Shown here piece after piece: positions 1 to 8,299 of a DNA stretch of 64,000 bases (positions within the stretch are counted from its first letter, which is position 1; each line of letters starts with the position of its first letter). Below the pieces are notes generated by a model. It had not been told where the DNA came from, did not search any database, and worked only from the letters and a program-made list of their open reading frames with translations. The DNA is taken from assembly GCA_050953885.1 (NCBI GenBank), contig JBMNNJ010000001.1:335437-399436 (forward strand). Direction: 5' to 3'. This stretch comes from Patescibacteria group bacterium (lineage in GTDB: Bacteria; Patescibacteriota; Microgenomatia; 0-14-0-10-38-17). Both the position numbers and the translations under genes were made by a program.

Positions 1-1917
1 GTCGGTTTTTTTTCTTTAGAGATGAGCCAGGAAGAATTGGTTGACCGTCTTCTTGTTCGTCAGGCACAAATTGACAGCTGGAAGTTAAAAACCGGCCGTT
101 TGGACGAAGATGATTTTGCCCGCCTTTCCGAAGCGATGGGAACTTTAGCGGAAGCGCCTCTTTTCATTGACGACACTCCGGGAATTTCGGTGGCGGAAAT
201 GCGCACTAAGGCCCGACGCTTACAAACAGAAAAAAGTTTGGATCTTATTGTCGTTGACTACCTTCAACTCGTTCACGGCCGTAATTTGGAAAATCGCGTT
301 CAGGAAGTTTCGGAAATTTCCCAAGGATTAAAAAATTTGGCCCGGGAACTTAAAGTGCCCCTCGTGGCTGTTTCCCAGCTTTCCCGAGCAGTAGAAATTC
401 GCGGCGGCCAACGCCCCCGTCTGGCAGACTTGAGGGAAAGTGGCTGTATTAGTGGTGATGCTCTTATCCAAATGGCCGACGGAGAACGAATCGCCATTGA
501 AAAATTAGCTTTAAAAAATAAACCTTTTTTGGTAATGAGTCTAAATGAAAAAACCTGGCAGCTTGAACCGGCCTTGGCAAAAAAAGCCTGGTGCAGTGGA
601 AAAAAATTAGTTTTCTGCCTTAAAACCCAATTGGGGCAAGAAATTAAAGCCAGTGCTAATCATCGCTTTTTCACCTCTTCTGGCTGGAAAAGGCTTGACC
701 AGCTTAAAGTAGGGGATTATATTGCTCTTGTTCGCTCTTGGAAAAACTTACCCCAAACAAAGCCAACCATGACCGCCGCTGAACTAGCCCTTCTTGGTCA
801 TCTTATTGGTGATGGCTGTACTCTTCCCAAACATGCCGTCCAATACACCACCAACGAAAAAGAATTAGCCGAAACGGTTGTTAAGGCTAGCAAGGATGTT
901 TTTGGGGAAAAAATCAACCCGAGAATAAAACGAGAACGAAATTGGTGGCAAGTTTATCTGTCTGCCGGTTATCCCTTAAGCCGCCACCAAAGAAACCCTC
1001 TTGCCGCCTGGCTGGATAAACTAAAAATATGGGGTTATCGCGCCAAAGAAAAAAGAGTCCCAGAAAAAGTTTTTAAACAGCCCCCTCAGGAAATCAGCCG
1101 ATTTTTACATCACCTCTGGCTTACCGATGGCAGTATCACCTTAAGCGGGAAGAAAAAAGAGCGACCGATAATATATTATGCTACCAGCAGCGATGTTTTA
1201 GCCAAGGACGTCCAACATTTGCTACTTCGTTTAGGAATCATCGCCAAAGTTCGGCGGGTAAAACAAAGAAATAAAGGAAAGGATCAATGGCATGTTATTA
1301 TTACCGGTCAGCCTGATATAACCGCTTTCATCGCTATTGTCGGTACCAGTGGGAAAAAACTAAAAAATCTAAATCTTATTAAAAAATATTATCAGCAGCA
1401 CCAGCATAATCCCAATAAGGACATTATTCCTAAAACGATGTGGTATTCTTTAGTAGAACCAGCGCGGCAGGCCCTAAAAATGAGCCAAAGAGAAATGCAA
1501 AAGCAAATAGGAGTTCATTATTGCGGGTCAACCCTTTTTAAGGCCAACATGAGCCGCCAGCGGGCTTTAAAAGTTGCTCAAGTTGTTCAGAACAAAACTT
1601 TGGAAAAAATCGCCAAAAGCGATGTTTATTGGGATAAAGTCGTTTCCATTAAGCCCTTGGGGGTAGAAAAAGTTTATGATATAGAAGTTCCCAGTTACCA
1701 CAATTTTGTTGCCGAAAATATTGTTATCCATAACTCCATCGAGCAGGATGCGGACGTGGTGATGTTTCTTTATCATGAAGACGAGGACGATCGCGAAAAT
1801 GTGGTTTTGGAAATCGCCAAACATCGCAATGGCCCTTTGGGACAAATTAATCTTCGCTTTATTCCCAAGCAAGTAAGCTTCTACCCGGTCGAGAAAAGGT
1901 TGGGGGAAGGGAAATAA
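1..1917 (+). CDS. dnaB: Replicative DNA helicase DnaB, C-terminal part interrupted by an intein. The 5' end lies upstream of the window; the frame is open to position 1.
   Basis: The translation aligns to DnaB from the conserved 'FSLEM(P)SEQ' region onward ([14 protein letters not shown] motifs). The host sequence breaks at ...DLRESG | C(445)ISGDALI... and resumes at ...VIHN(1734) | [16 protein letters not shown], the conserved C-terminal DnaB motif. There is no in-frame stop between position 1 and the annotated ATG at 22. Confidence 0.85.
   Translation, partial: VGFFSLEMSQEELVDRLLVRQAQIDSWKLKTGRLDEDDFARLSEAMGTLAEAPLFIDDTPGISVAEMRTKARRLQTEKSLDLIVVDYLQLVHGRNLENRVQEVSEISQGLKNLARELKVPLVAVSQLSRAVEIRGGQRPRLADLRESGCISGDALIQMADGERIAIEKLALKNKPFLVMSLNEKTWQLEPALAKKAWCSGKKLVFCLKTQLGQEIKASANHRFFTSSGWKRLDQLKVGDYIALVRSWKNLPQTKPTMTAAELALLGHLIGDGCTLPKHAVQYTTNEKELAETVVKASKDVFGEKINPRIKRERNWWQVYLSAGYPLSRHQRNPLAAWLDKLKIWGYRAKEKRVPEKVFKQPPQEISRFLHHLWLTDGSITLSGKKKERPIIYYATSSDVLAKDVQHLLLRLGIIAKVRRVKQRNKGKDQWHVIITGQPDITAFIAIVGTSGKKLKNLNLIKKYYQQHQHNPNKDIIPKTMWYSLVEPARQALKMSQREMQKQIGVHYCGSTLFKANMSRQRALKVAQVVQNKTLEKIAKSDVYWDKVVSIKPLGVEKVYDIEVPSYHNFVAENIVIHNSIEQDADVVMFLYHEDEDDRENVVLEIAKHRNGPLGQINLRFIPKQVSFYPVEKRLGEGK
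445..1734 (+). mobile_element. DnaB intein (~430 aa) carrying a LAGLIDADG homing-endonuclease domain
   Basis: It starts with Cys (CISGDALI, block A-like) and ends in ...VIHN followed by the extein Ser. Internal LAGLIDADG-like motifs are [11 protein letters not shown] and LWLTDGSIT. Removing 445..1734 restores a contiguous DnaB motif. Confidence 0.8.
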
Positions 1918-1984
1918 AATTACTAGCTAAAGGGTAAGAAAAAATTAATGCAAAAATCAAAAATCAGAATTCAAAACCAAGTTC

Positions 1985-2140
1985 AAAGACCAAAACCATA
2001 AATTAAAACTCAAAACGCAAATGGCAAATGTTAAAACTACATGTCAAATCTTAAATCTTTCTTAGAATTTAAAATTATTTTTTCAGATTTGAGTTTTGAG
2101 TTGTAGTTTTGAGTTTTGCGATTTAACATTTGCGTTTATT
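1985..2140. repeat. MITE-like imperfect-palindrome element, family A ('CAAAACTCAAAAC...GCAAATGTTAAA' words with inverted terminal repeats)
   Basis: It is the reverse complement of 4120..4262. Its ends AAACGCAAATG...CATTTGCGTTT are inverted repeats. Confidence 0.7.
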
Positions 2141-2183
2141 TTCGCGTTAACTCGCGTATTTTAGTAATTTAACAATTTACTCT

Positions 2184-2849
2184 ATGTTCCTAAACTTGCC
2201 TCTCATCAGCTTCCCCGTCTTTGGTTTGGTGTTATTTTTGGGCTTCCTCTTTTCCTCTTTTTGGTTTTTCAAAAACACCAAAGAAGAGTTTGTTGATGAA
2301 GAGCAGGCAATCAGCTTTATTTTTTGGATTTTCTTAAGCTGGCTTTTGGGTAGCCGCGTTATTTTTTTCTCAACTAACTTTAATTCTTTTCCTTCTTTTT
2401 GGACTCTTTTTCTGCCCTGGCAATATCCCGGCCTTTCTTTTGCCGGCGGAATATTGGGGATAGCTTTGGCCGCAAAAATCTGGGCGAAAAAAAACAAGTT
2501 TAATCTTTGGCGAGTTTCTGACCCGGCTCTTTTCCCTCTTCTTCTCTTTCAAGAATTCTTTTTTCTTGGCCAATTTTTGGCCACCCAAGAAAATTTTTAT
2601 TTTTTTGCCTTTCTTATCTTTCTTGCCGGCTTTCCTTTAGGGCTTTGGATTAAGAAGAAATATCGTTCTTTTTCCTGGTATCCTTCAGGAAAAATCGGTT
2701 TGACATTTTTAGCGGTTTTCGCTGTTACCTTACTCGCCTTTTGTCTACTTGCTTTTTGCCCTCCTTTTGGGTTATACTTTGAAGGTTTAGGAGCTCTTTT
2801 AATAGGAGGGCTAGCCGGTTGGCTAATTTACCAACGTCGCCAGCCATAA
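2184..2849 (+). CDS. Polytopic integral membrane protein, 221 aa, very Phe/Leu-rich; weak Lgt-like features only
   Basis: A long ORF with multiple hydrophobic segments. A 'GG..G...AAK......K...W.VSD.A..PL' stretch loosely recalls prolipoprotein diacylglyceryl transferase but lacks the GR.GN signature. It is preceded by the common upstream ATTCGCG/TTAACAATTTA module. Confidence 0.5.
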   Translation: MFLNLPLISFPVFGLVLFLGFLFSSFWFFKNTKEEFVDEEQAISFIFWIFLSWLLGSRVIFFSTNFNSFPSFWTLFLPWQYPGLSFAGGILGIALAAKIWAKKNKFNLWRVSDPALFPLLLFQEFFFLGQFLATQENFYFFAFLIFLAGFPLGLWIKKKYRSFSWYPSGKIGLTFLAVFAVTLLAFCLLAFCPPFGLYFEGLGALLIGGLAGWLIYQRRQP

Positions 2850-2864
2850 AAATTGAGAATAAAG

Positions 2865-3275
2865 ATGGCTAAGAAAAACAAAACCCAAACCAAAAATAAG
2901 CCAGAAAAAACAGCGATTCGTTTTCCGGCCAGCGTCTTAAAGCCCGTGGGCGACTTTTTGGTCAAAGAAGAAAAGGAAATTTTAAAAAAATTGCATCTTC
3001 TTTCCAAGGAGGATCCCTTTGCCAACCCGGCCCGCTTGGCAGATAATGCTGCCCCCGATAACGAGGCCTTGGAACAAATCGATCATCTTAAAAACCAAAG
3101 CCTGCAGGAACAGATGAAAAAAAACCTTATCCAAGTACGGCGAGCCCTGACACGTCTTAAAATCGGTAAATATGGCATCTGCGAGGAATGCGGCCAAATG
3201 ATTGATACCGACCGGCTGATGATTTATCCTCACGCCACCTTATGCGTTAAATGCGAGCAAAAGAAAAAGAAATAA
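2865..3275 (+). CDS. DksA/TraR-family C4 zinc-finger protein
   Basis: The C-terminal CEECGQMIDTDRL...CVKCE four-cysteine zinc finger is typical of the DksA/TraR family, with a coiled-coil-like N-terminal part. The ORF track starts at TTG 2853; ATG 2865 (MAKKNK) is the more likely start. Confidence 0.75.
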   Translation: MAKKNKTQTKNKPEKTAIRFPASVLKPVGDFLVKEEKEILKKLHLLSKEDPFANPARLADNAAPDNEALEQIDHLKNQSLQEQMKKNLIQVRRALTRLKIGKYGICEECGQMIDTDRLMIYPHATLCVKCEQKKKK

Positions 3276-4030
3276 AAGTGGGCGTTGACTATAATTTAAT
3301 TGACTACTCCTCTTACTGGCGAAACCGAGAGTATGAATGGGAAGCAGAAAAGATTGCTTTGGAAAAATTGTTTTCCCATATCCCCGGGAAAGAACAAAAA
3401 ATAATCTTAGAAATAGGGGGAGGGTTTGGCCGTCTGGCCGCGATTTACGCCCCTTTTTTCAAAGATGTTATTCTTCTTGAGCCGTCAGAAAAGCTTTTAA
3501 AAGAAGCGCAAGCAAATTTAGCCGCCCAAAAAAACCTCACCTTTCTTGCCGGAAGAGGGGAGGCGATTCCCCAAGAGGGCAAAAGCGTTGATGTGGCCTT
3601 AATGGTCCGTGTCAGCCACCATTTTCAGGATCTTAGCCCGGTGCTAAAAGAAATTAACCGTATCCTTAAACCCCAGGGGTTTTTAATTTTAGAATTTGCC
3701 AATAAAATTCATTTCAAAGCGCGCTTGCGGGCTTTGGGAAAAGGTGATTTTTCTTTTCGCAAAAACTTAACTCCGTTTGACCAGCGCCGGCAAAGCAGAA
3801 AAGACCCCGAAGTGGTTTTCTTAAATCATCATCCCCAAGCGGTTCTTAACGTTCTTTCTGAAAATAACTTTGAAGTTAAAAAAATCCTTTCCGTTTCCAA
3901 CTTTCGCTCCCCATTTTTAAAAAAAGTTCTTCCTCAAAAATGGCTTCTTTTTTGGGAAAAAAGCACCCAAAGTATTTTGGCCCCTTTTTGGTTTGGCCCC
4001 TCAATTTTTATCTTAGCCAAAAAAAATTGA
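3251..4030 (+). CDS. Class I SAM-dependent methyltransferase
   Basis: EIGGGFGR (motif I glycine-rich loop), DVILLEPS and VDVALMV spacing fit the methyltransferase fold. ATG 3251 overlaps the DksA-like gene by 25 nt; an in-frame GTG at 3278 is an alternative start. Confidence 0.7.
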   Translation: MRAKEKEIKVGVDYNLIDYSSYWRNREYEWEAEKIALEKLFSHIPGKEQKIILEIGGGFGRLAAIYAPFFKDVILLEPSEKLLKEAQANLAAQKNLTFLAGRGEAIPQEGKSVDVALMVRVSHHFQDLSPVLKEINRILKPQGFLILEFANKIHFKARLRALGKGDFSFRKNLTPFDQRRQSRKDPEVVFLNHHPQAVLNVLSENNFEVKKILSVSNFRSPFLKKVLPQKWLLFWEKSTQSILAPFWFGPSIFILAKKN

Positions 4031-4111
4031 TCCTCAATAAGCTGCTTCTCATTAATTCAATCCGCCAGCTGGCGAACAAAAGTCAAAAATTGTCTTCTGT
4101 ATCTGGTATTA

Positions 4112-4262
4112 AATATAAAAAACTCAAATGTTAAATCGCAAAACTCAAAACTACAACTCAAAACTCAAATCTAAAAAACATTTTTAAGTTCTAAGAAAGA
4201 TTTAAGATTTAACATGTAGTTTTGCCATTTGCCATTTGCGTTTTAAGTTTATTTTTCGCGCT
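4112..4262. repeat. Family A element, inverted copy; about 95% identical to 32960..33098
   Basis: AAACTCAAATGTTAAATCGCAAAACTCAAAACTACAACTCAAAACTCAAATCT...TTTGCCATTTGCCATTTGCGTTTTAAG. Confidence 0.7.
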
Positions 4263-4288
4263 AATTCGTGTCTTTTAACAATTTTAAC

Positions 4289-4909
4289 TTATTTCTTTGT
4301 CTTTCCTTCCTCAATTTCCGCCATAAATTGATTTACTCCCGCCGCCCAAGAGCCATTGGAAAGAGGAGTGTATTTGCTCATAATTTCCTCCGGCGTAGTT
4401 AATCCCTGATTAAGGTAATCCTCACGTAAACCACGGGCCACCGTTTCAATTGCTTCCTCCCAACCGGAAAAACCAAGCGTACCGCGGCTATGGATTCCCC
4501 AGCCCCAAGCGTTATAAGAACCCGGGGGAATTTTTTTGCCTAAATTCGATTCCTGTTGGGCAATGGCCACCAAAAGCCTATAGTCAAGATCATATTTTTG
4601 GGAAATAGCAAAAATATAATCGGCGTAAGGCTCAAGAGGCGAGTGGTAATAAGCTAAGTATTGTTTTAGCAAAACCGGCCGGGAATCAACGCCGCGAACT
4701 TCAAAAGAAAGATTACCACCGGTAGGGGGAAGAGCAGTGTAAAGCCGTAAAGAAGGCATAAAAGCCGCCGCTCCGACTACCGCTTTGCTACCCGCCTCTT
4801 TATTCTGGCCTAAAAGCCAAAAAGAGGAAAAAAGCGCCAACGGCGATAAAAACAAAAAAATCACCATCAAGAGCAGTTTGCCCAATAACGATTTTTTTAA
4901 TTTATCCAT
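4289..4909 (-). CDS. Membrane-anchored peptidoglycan-hydrolase-like protein (lysozyme-like; GH23 or GH73-type motif)
   Basis: An N-terminal signal-anchor (LLLMVIFLFLSPLALF) is followed by LVAIAQQESN...NAWGWG. This resembles the catalytic Glu region of lytic transglycosylases and FlgJ-type glucosaminidases (A.A..ES/ESGWG). Confidence 0.55.
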   Translation of the reverse strand: MDKLKKSLLGKLLLMVIFLFLSPLALFSSFWLLGQNKEAGSKAVVGAAAFMPSLRLYTALPPTGGNLSFEVRGVDSRPVLLKQYLAYYHSPLEPYADYIFAISQKYDLDYRLLVAIAQQESNLGKKIPPGSYNAWGWGIHSRGTLGFSGWEEAIETVARGLREDYLNQGLTTPEEIMSKYTPLSNGSWAAGVNQFMAEIEEGKTKK

Positions 4910-4965
4910 AAAAAACCCATCTCTCTAAACTTTAATAAAACAAAAAGTATTTGTCAAGTCAAGGT

Positions 4966-5692
4966 AATAAGTTAAGATACATATGCGACATTGATAGTTA
5001 GTGGATCACTACGCCAAGGCCTATCCCATCTTTAGTAGAATTAAAGGCTTAAAGGAGGTGAAAAACATGCTTTCAAGCCTAAGACAATTCTCTAAGAGTG
5101 AGGCAGCTCAACAAAGAATGAAGATTATTAAGTTCTACCAACAATACGGAGAAAAAGCAACTAAGAATTAAACACTCACCTAAACCAAGGGGCTTTGGCG
5201 ATATTGTTTCTGATACCGTAGAGAGAATCACCGATGGGATTAGGGACTATTTTATCTCTACTGTTGATGCCAAGATGAAATTTGCCCTGACTCTTAATTA
5301 CCAAAGACTAACCAGTAAGAAGATGAGAGATTTTTACTTTAGATTTAAAGATGTCTACCCGGGGAAAGTGGCTGTTTGACAATCAGATAATGGCGGTGAG
5401 AACTTAGGAGTCTTTGACCAACAATTAGCTAAGGATAAGATTCCCATTATTTCATCTCTCCCCGTTGTCCTAAGATTGATACCTTGGTGGAAAGATACCA
5501 CCGCACTTCTCAAGAGGAGTTTATTAATCCCCACCTTGACACTATTCATGACAAAGGGGTCTTTCAAAGAAAACTATCTGATTATTTAATCTGGGACAAC
5601 ACGGAAAGACCCAATCATTCTTTAAACCTTAAGAGCCCCTTGGAATATTTCATTGAAAAAGGAGGCATGTCGTAAAAGTACTTGGCTTAGAC
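4966..5692 (+). mobile_element. Decayed insertion-sequence remnant (DDE/rve-type transposase fragments), copy 1 of 2 identical direct repeats
   Basis: A 727-bp block is identical to 8300..9026 (offset 3334 bp). It carries an N-terminal HTH-like ORF fragment (MLSSLRQFSKSEAAQQRMKIIKFYQQYGEKATKN*) and rve-core fragments ...SDNGGENLGVFD... and ...PRCPKIDTLVERYHRTSQEEF... in different frames. The conserved DDE Glu (ERYHRT) is present but the gene is internally deleted and frameshifted. Confidence 0.8.
5063..5675 (+). pseudogene. Transposase pseudogene (IS481/IS3-like rve integrase core, truncated and frameshifted)
   Basis: The HTH fragment stops after 35 codons. The DNGGE(N) and ERYHRT motifs lie in frames +1 and 0 respectively, about 35 codons apart as in intact rve domains. 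Total coding capacity is about 200 aa against about 350 aa for an intact transposase. Confidence 0.7.
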
Positions 5693-5698
5693 AAAAAC

Positions 5699-5727
5699 TT
5701 GACTTTTACCCCGTTGTGTTATAAGAT
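5699..5727 (+). promoter_or_regulatory. Sigma70-like promoter directly outside IS copy 1, facing the radical-SAM gene
   Basis: TTGACT (5699-5704), a 17-nt spacer, then TAAGAT (5722-5727). A strong RBS AAAGGAGAG (5951-5959) sits 6 nt before ATG 5966. Confidence 0.5.
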
Positions 5728-5965
5728 TTACGTATCTCATAATAATCAATGGTAGGCAATTTTGCTGTCTATTTTTTGGTTATTATTAAAGATCATTTTT
5801 TTCAGGCAAAGTAAGCGGTTTTTGACAAAAGCGTCAAAAAAAACCAAAATACTTTGTTTTGGAAAATATTCAGTTTTGGTCCGCCTCAGGTGGAGCACCT
5901 TGACAAGTTGTAATTACCTCCATCAATGATTCCTTCTGGCCTTAATTTATAAAGGAGAGATTCTC

Positions 5966-7294
5966 ATGTTTCGCACTCTATCCGCCCCGGTCGTTTTACA
6001 GTGGGAAGTTACTCCGGATTGTAATCATGCCTGTCTACATTGTTATAACTATTGGAGAGGGTTTGGTGAGGAGCCAAGCGCATCAGAAGATGTCTGTGAG
6101 ATCTATCGGGCTGCAACCAAAGAAATTATCTGTAACAGGGTTTTTTCTGTGGTGATTACCGGTGGAGAACCGCTTTTGGTTTTTGACCAAGTAAAGCCAC
6201 ATATCCGACAGCTGGTGCAAGCAGGCGTTCATGTTTCACTCAACACTAATTTGTCTCTTTTTAACAGACAGATAGCTGTTGAGCTCAAGGAGCTTGGAGT
6301 TCGTTCCATTTTGACGTCTCTCCCTTCCTTTGATCCGGAGACCAATGATTACATCACCCAAACCCCGGGATCTCATCGTCGGATCACCCGCGGGATACGT
6401 ACTGCTCTCGAAAGTGGTTTCAAGGTAGCCGTCAATATGGTAGTAACCAAGGTAAACCTCTCGCAGGTTTACCAAACCGCCGAATATGTAGCCAATCTAG
6501 GAGTTAAATCCTTTGCGGCTACCAAAGCAGCTACCCCAAACAACTGCCCCGATTTCAGTGCATTTGCTCTAGGCCTTGATGAATTTCGTTGGATGTTGTA
6601 CGAACTTATCAAAGCTAAAGAGCGATTGGGTCTAGAAAGCATCGATTCACTTGAATTCTACCCTTATTGTGCCTTCGACGAGGTAACAAGAGCAGTTTTC
6701 AGTAGTCGAATGTGCAGTGCCGGCAAAACCAATTGCACAATCGGTTTTAACGGCCAAGTTAGGCCTTGCTCGCGAGCTGAACATACCTACGGTGATATTC
6801 GGGAAGGGCTAACTAACGCTTGGGGTCGAATGACTCCATGGAGAACAAATGAATGGTTGCCGGAACAATGCTCAACATGTCAGTTGAAAAACAAATGTGG
6901 AGGAGGTTGCAAGGTAGACGCGCAGAGAACAACGGGGGATATCAAACAACCAGATCCAATTTGTGATTTCTCACAGTTGCCCGTGCGTTTACCTTCTGTA
7001 CGGGAACCCAGCCCTGATGGAACAGAGTTTCTTGTCAATCCTAGCATGGTCTTTCGACCGGAAAGTTTTGGAGGGATACTCTACGTTTCTTCTGGGCACT
7101 GGGCGATAGTTGTTCAGGAGTTGTATCAGCTATTTGCATCTGGAAAGGAGGTGGTGAGTATCGAAGATATCGTATCCGCTTTGGGTTGTTCTCTAAATGA
7201 GGCAACCGCTACAGTGTCGTATCTTGTTCGCAAATTCATTCTGAAGGTAGCAAAAGGGGGTTCTTATGCCAGCGGGAATTGTTTCGTTGCTTGA
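5966..7294 (+). CDS. Radical SAM enzyme with C-terminal SPASM domain and a probable C-terminal winged-helix (RRE-like) extension; candidate peptide-modifying maturase
   Basis: CNHACLHC (CX3CX2C radical-SAM cluster motif) and GGEPLL (SAM-binding). The SPASM signature is CSTCQLKNKCGGGCK (C-x2-C-x5-C-x3-C) plus upstream Cys/Gly and a downstream PICDF Cys. The ~110-aa tail (IEDIVSALGCSLNEATATVSYLVRKFIL) looks like a winged-helix peptide-binding domain. Codon usage differs from neighbouring housekeeping genes. Confidence 0.85.
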   Translation: MFRTLSAPVVLQWEVTPDCNHACLHCYNYWRGFGEEPSASEDVCEIYRAATKEIICNRVFSVVITGGEPLLVFDQVKPHIRQLVQAGVHVSLNTNLSLFNRQIAVELKELGVRSILTSLPSFDPETNDYITQTPGSHRRITRGIRTALESGFKVAVNMVVTKVNLSQVYQTAEYVANLGVKSFAATKAATPNNCPDFSAFALGLDEFRWMLYELIKAKERLGLESIDSLEFYPYCAFDEVTRAVFSSRMCSAGKTNCTIGFNGQVRPCSRAEHTYGDIREGLTNAWGRMTPWRTNEWLPEQCSTCQLKNKCGGGCKVDAQRTTGDIKQPDPICDFSQLPVRLPSVREPSPDGTEFLVNPSMVFRPESFGGILYVSSGHWAIVVQELYQLFASGKEVVSIEDIVSALGCSLNEATATVSYLVRKFILKVAKGGSYASGNCFVA

Positions 7295-7412
7295 GGAGCA
7301 AGAGGTCAGTTGCGTCATCGGCTGTGATCAAGACGGCGGTTCTGACCCGTGCGACTCTTGCGACAACGGCGGTGATTGCGTTTGTGATGCTGGGGATGGT
7401 ACCTGGACCTAA
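7266..7412 (+). CDS. Small Cys/Asp/Gly-rich peptide (48 aa), candidate RiPP precursor (SCIFF/ranthipeptide- or sactipeptide-like)
   Basis: The peptide is MPAGIVSLLEEQEVSCVIGCDQDGGSDPCDSCDNGGDCVCDAGDGTWT, with 6 Cys and 9 Asp in the C-terminal 33 residues after a short acidic leader. Its ATG at 7266 overlaps the 3' end of the radical-SAM/SPASM gene in another frame and is preceded by a GGGGG RBS-like run. It is not in the supplied ORF track because it is under 60 aa. Confidence 0.55.
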   Translation: MPAGIVSLLEEQEVSCVIGCDQDGGSDPCDSCDNGGDCVCDAGDGTWT

Positions 7413-7620
7413 TCAAAGTGGCTTGATGACGGTCACAGTATCGCCTCAGTAGTTCTAAGAGCATCTATTGGTGAAAACCAAAATCACAACTTGTTTGTGG
7501 TTGCTTTTTAAGCTAGATGCTCTTTTTCTTTTTCAAATTTGCTATAATGCTCTAAGAGAATTATCGAGGCCGTAGCGCCGCTGTATAATAATCTGAGTCG
7601 TTCATTTTAAAATAAAAGGT

Positions 7621-8283
7621 GTGGTTTTTGTCGTTAAATATTCACTAGAAAAAGATATTTGGAATCATTTGAATTCGAACTGGAGATTTCGTTTTCGAAA
7701 ATATGGAAGAAAGAATATTCAGAAAAAACTGCTTCAAACTTATCCCGAAGAATATCGCCGCAATCTCGCTCAAGCCAAAACAGAAAAAGAAGCCACGGTT
7801 GTTATTAAAAGTTTTTTAGCCTCTTTACCTAAAAGTTTTCAAAATACTACCCCAATAATTGGCAAAGGAGTCGAGAAAGTTCTGAACGAAGAAAAAAAGC
7901 AGATAATTTCTTCTTTAGAAAAACTTTATGGTAAACCTTTTCCATTTAAAGAAATAACTGTTTATCTTACCACTGGCACTATTCACCCATATAATTATAA
8001 AGAAAGATGGTTTATGACTGGAAGAAATTCCAGCCTTGATAAGCATATTAAAACCGCTAAACACGAACTTAACCATTTTATGTTTTATTACTATTATCCT
8101 CATTTAAGGAAGAAGTTGGGTGTTGAGAAATATGAAAGACTAAAAGAGGCTTTAGCAATATTCACTAATCCTGAAGGTAATGATAAGCCCGATGTAAAAA
8201 AGTTGGAGAAATATCTAAAAACGCTTTCAGGTCAACCAATGGATGAGATTATAGAGAAAGCTTTGGGAAGTAAATATTTGTAA
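7621..8283 (+). CDS. Hypothetical protein with an HExxH zinc-metallopeptidase-like motif; AT-rich (~33% GC), compositionally foreign
   Basis: A 220-aa ORF with a GTG start and KTAKHELNHFMFYYY (HELNH = HExxH). Two extended -10 boxes (TGCTATAAT 7533-7541, TGTATAAT 7582-7589) lie upstream. GC is far below the flanking genes. Confidence 0.55.
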   Translation: MVFVVKYSLEKDIWNHLNSNWRFRFRKYGRKNIQKKLLQTYPEEYRRNLAQAKTEKEATVVIKSFLASLPKSFQNTTPIIGKGVEKVLNEEKKQIISSLEKLYGKPFPFKEITVYLTTGTIHPYNYKERWFMTGRNSSLDKHIKTAKHELNHFMFYYYYPHLRKKLGVEKYERLKEALAIFTNPEGNDKPDVKKLEKYLKTLSGQPMDEIIEKALGSKYL

Positions 8284-8299
8284 GTTCTCGAGAGTACTG

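Noticed and set aside
5355-5567. A 70-aa minus-strand ORF, with an identical copy at 8689..8901, inside the IS remnants.
   Set aside because: It is antisense to the transposase fragments and is duplicated only because the whole IS remnant is duplicated. It is not an independent gene.
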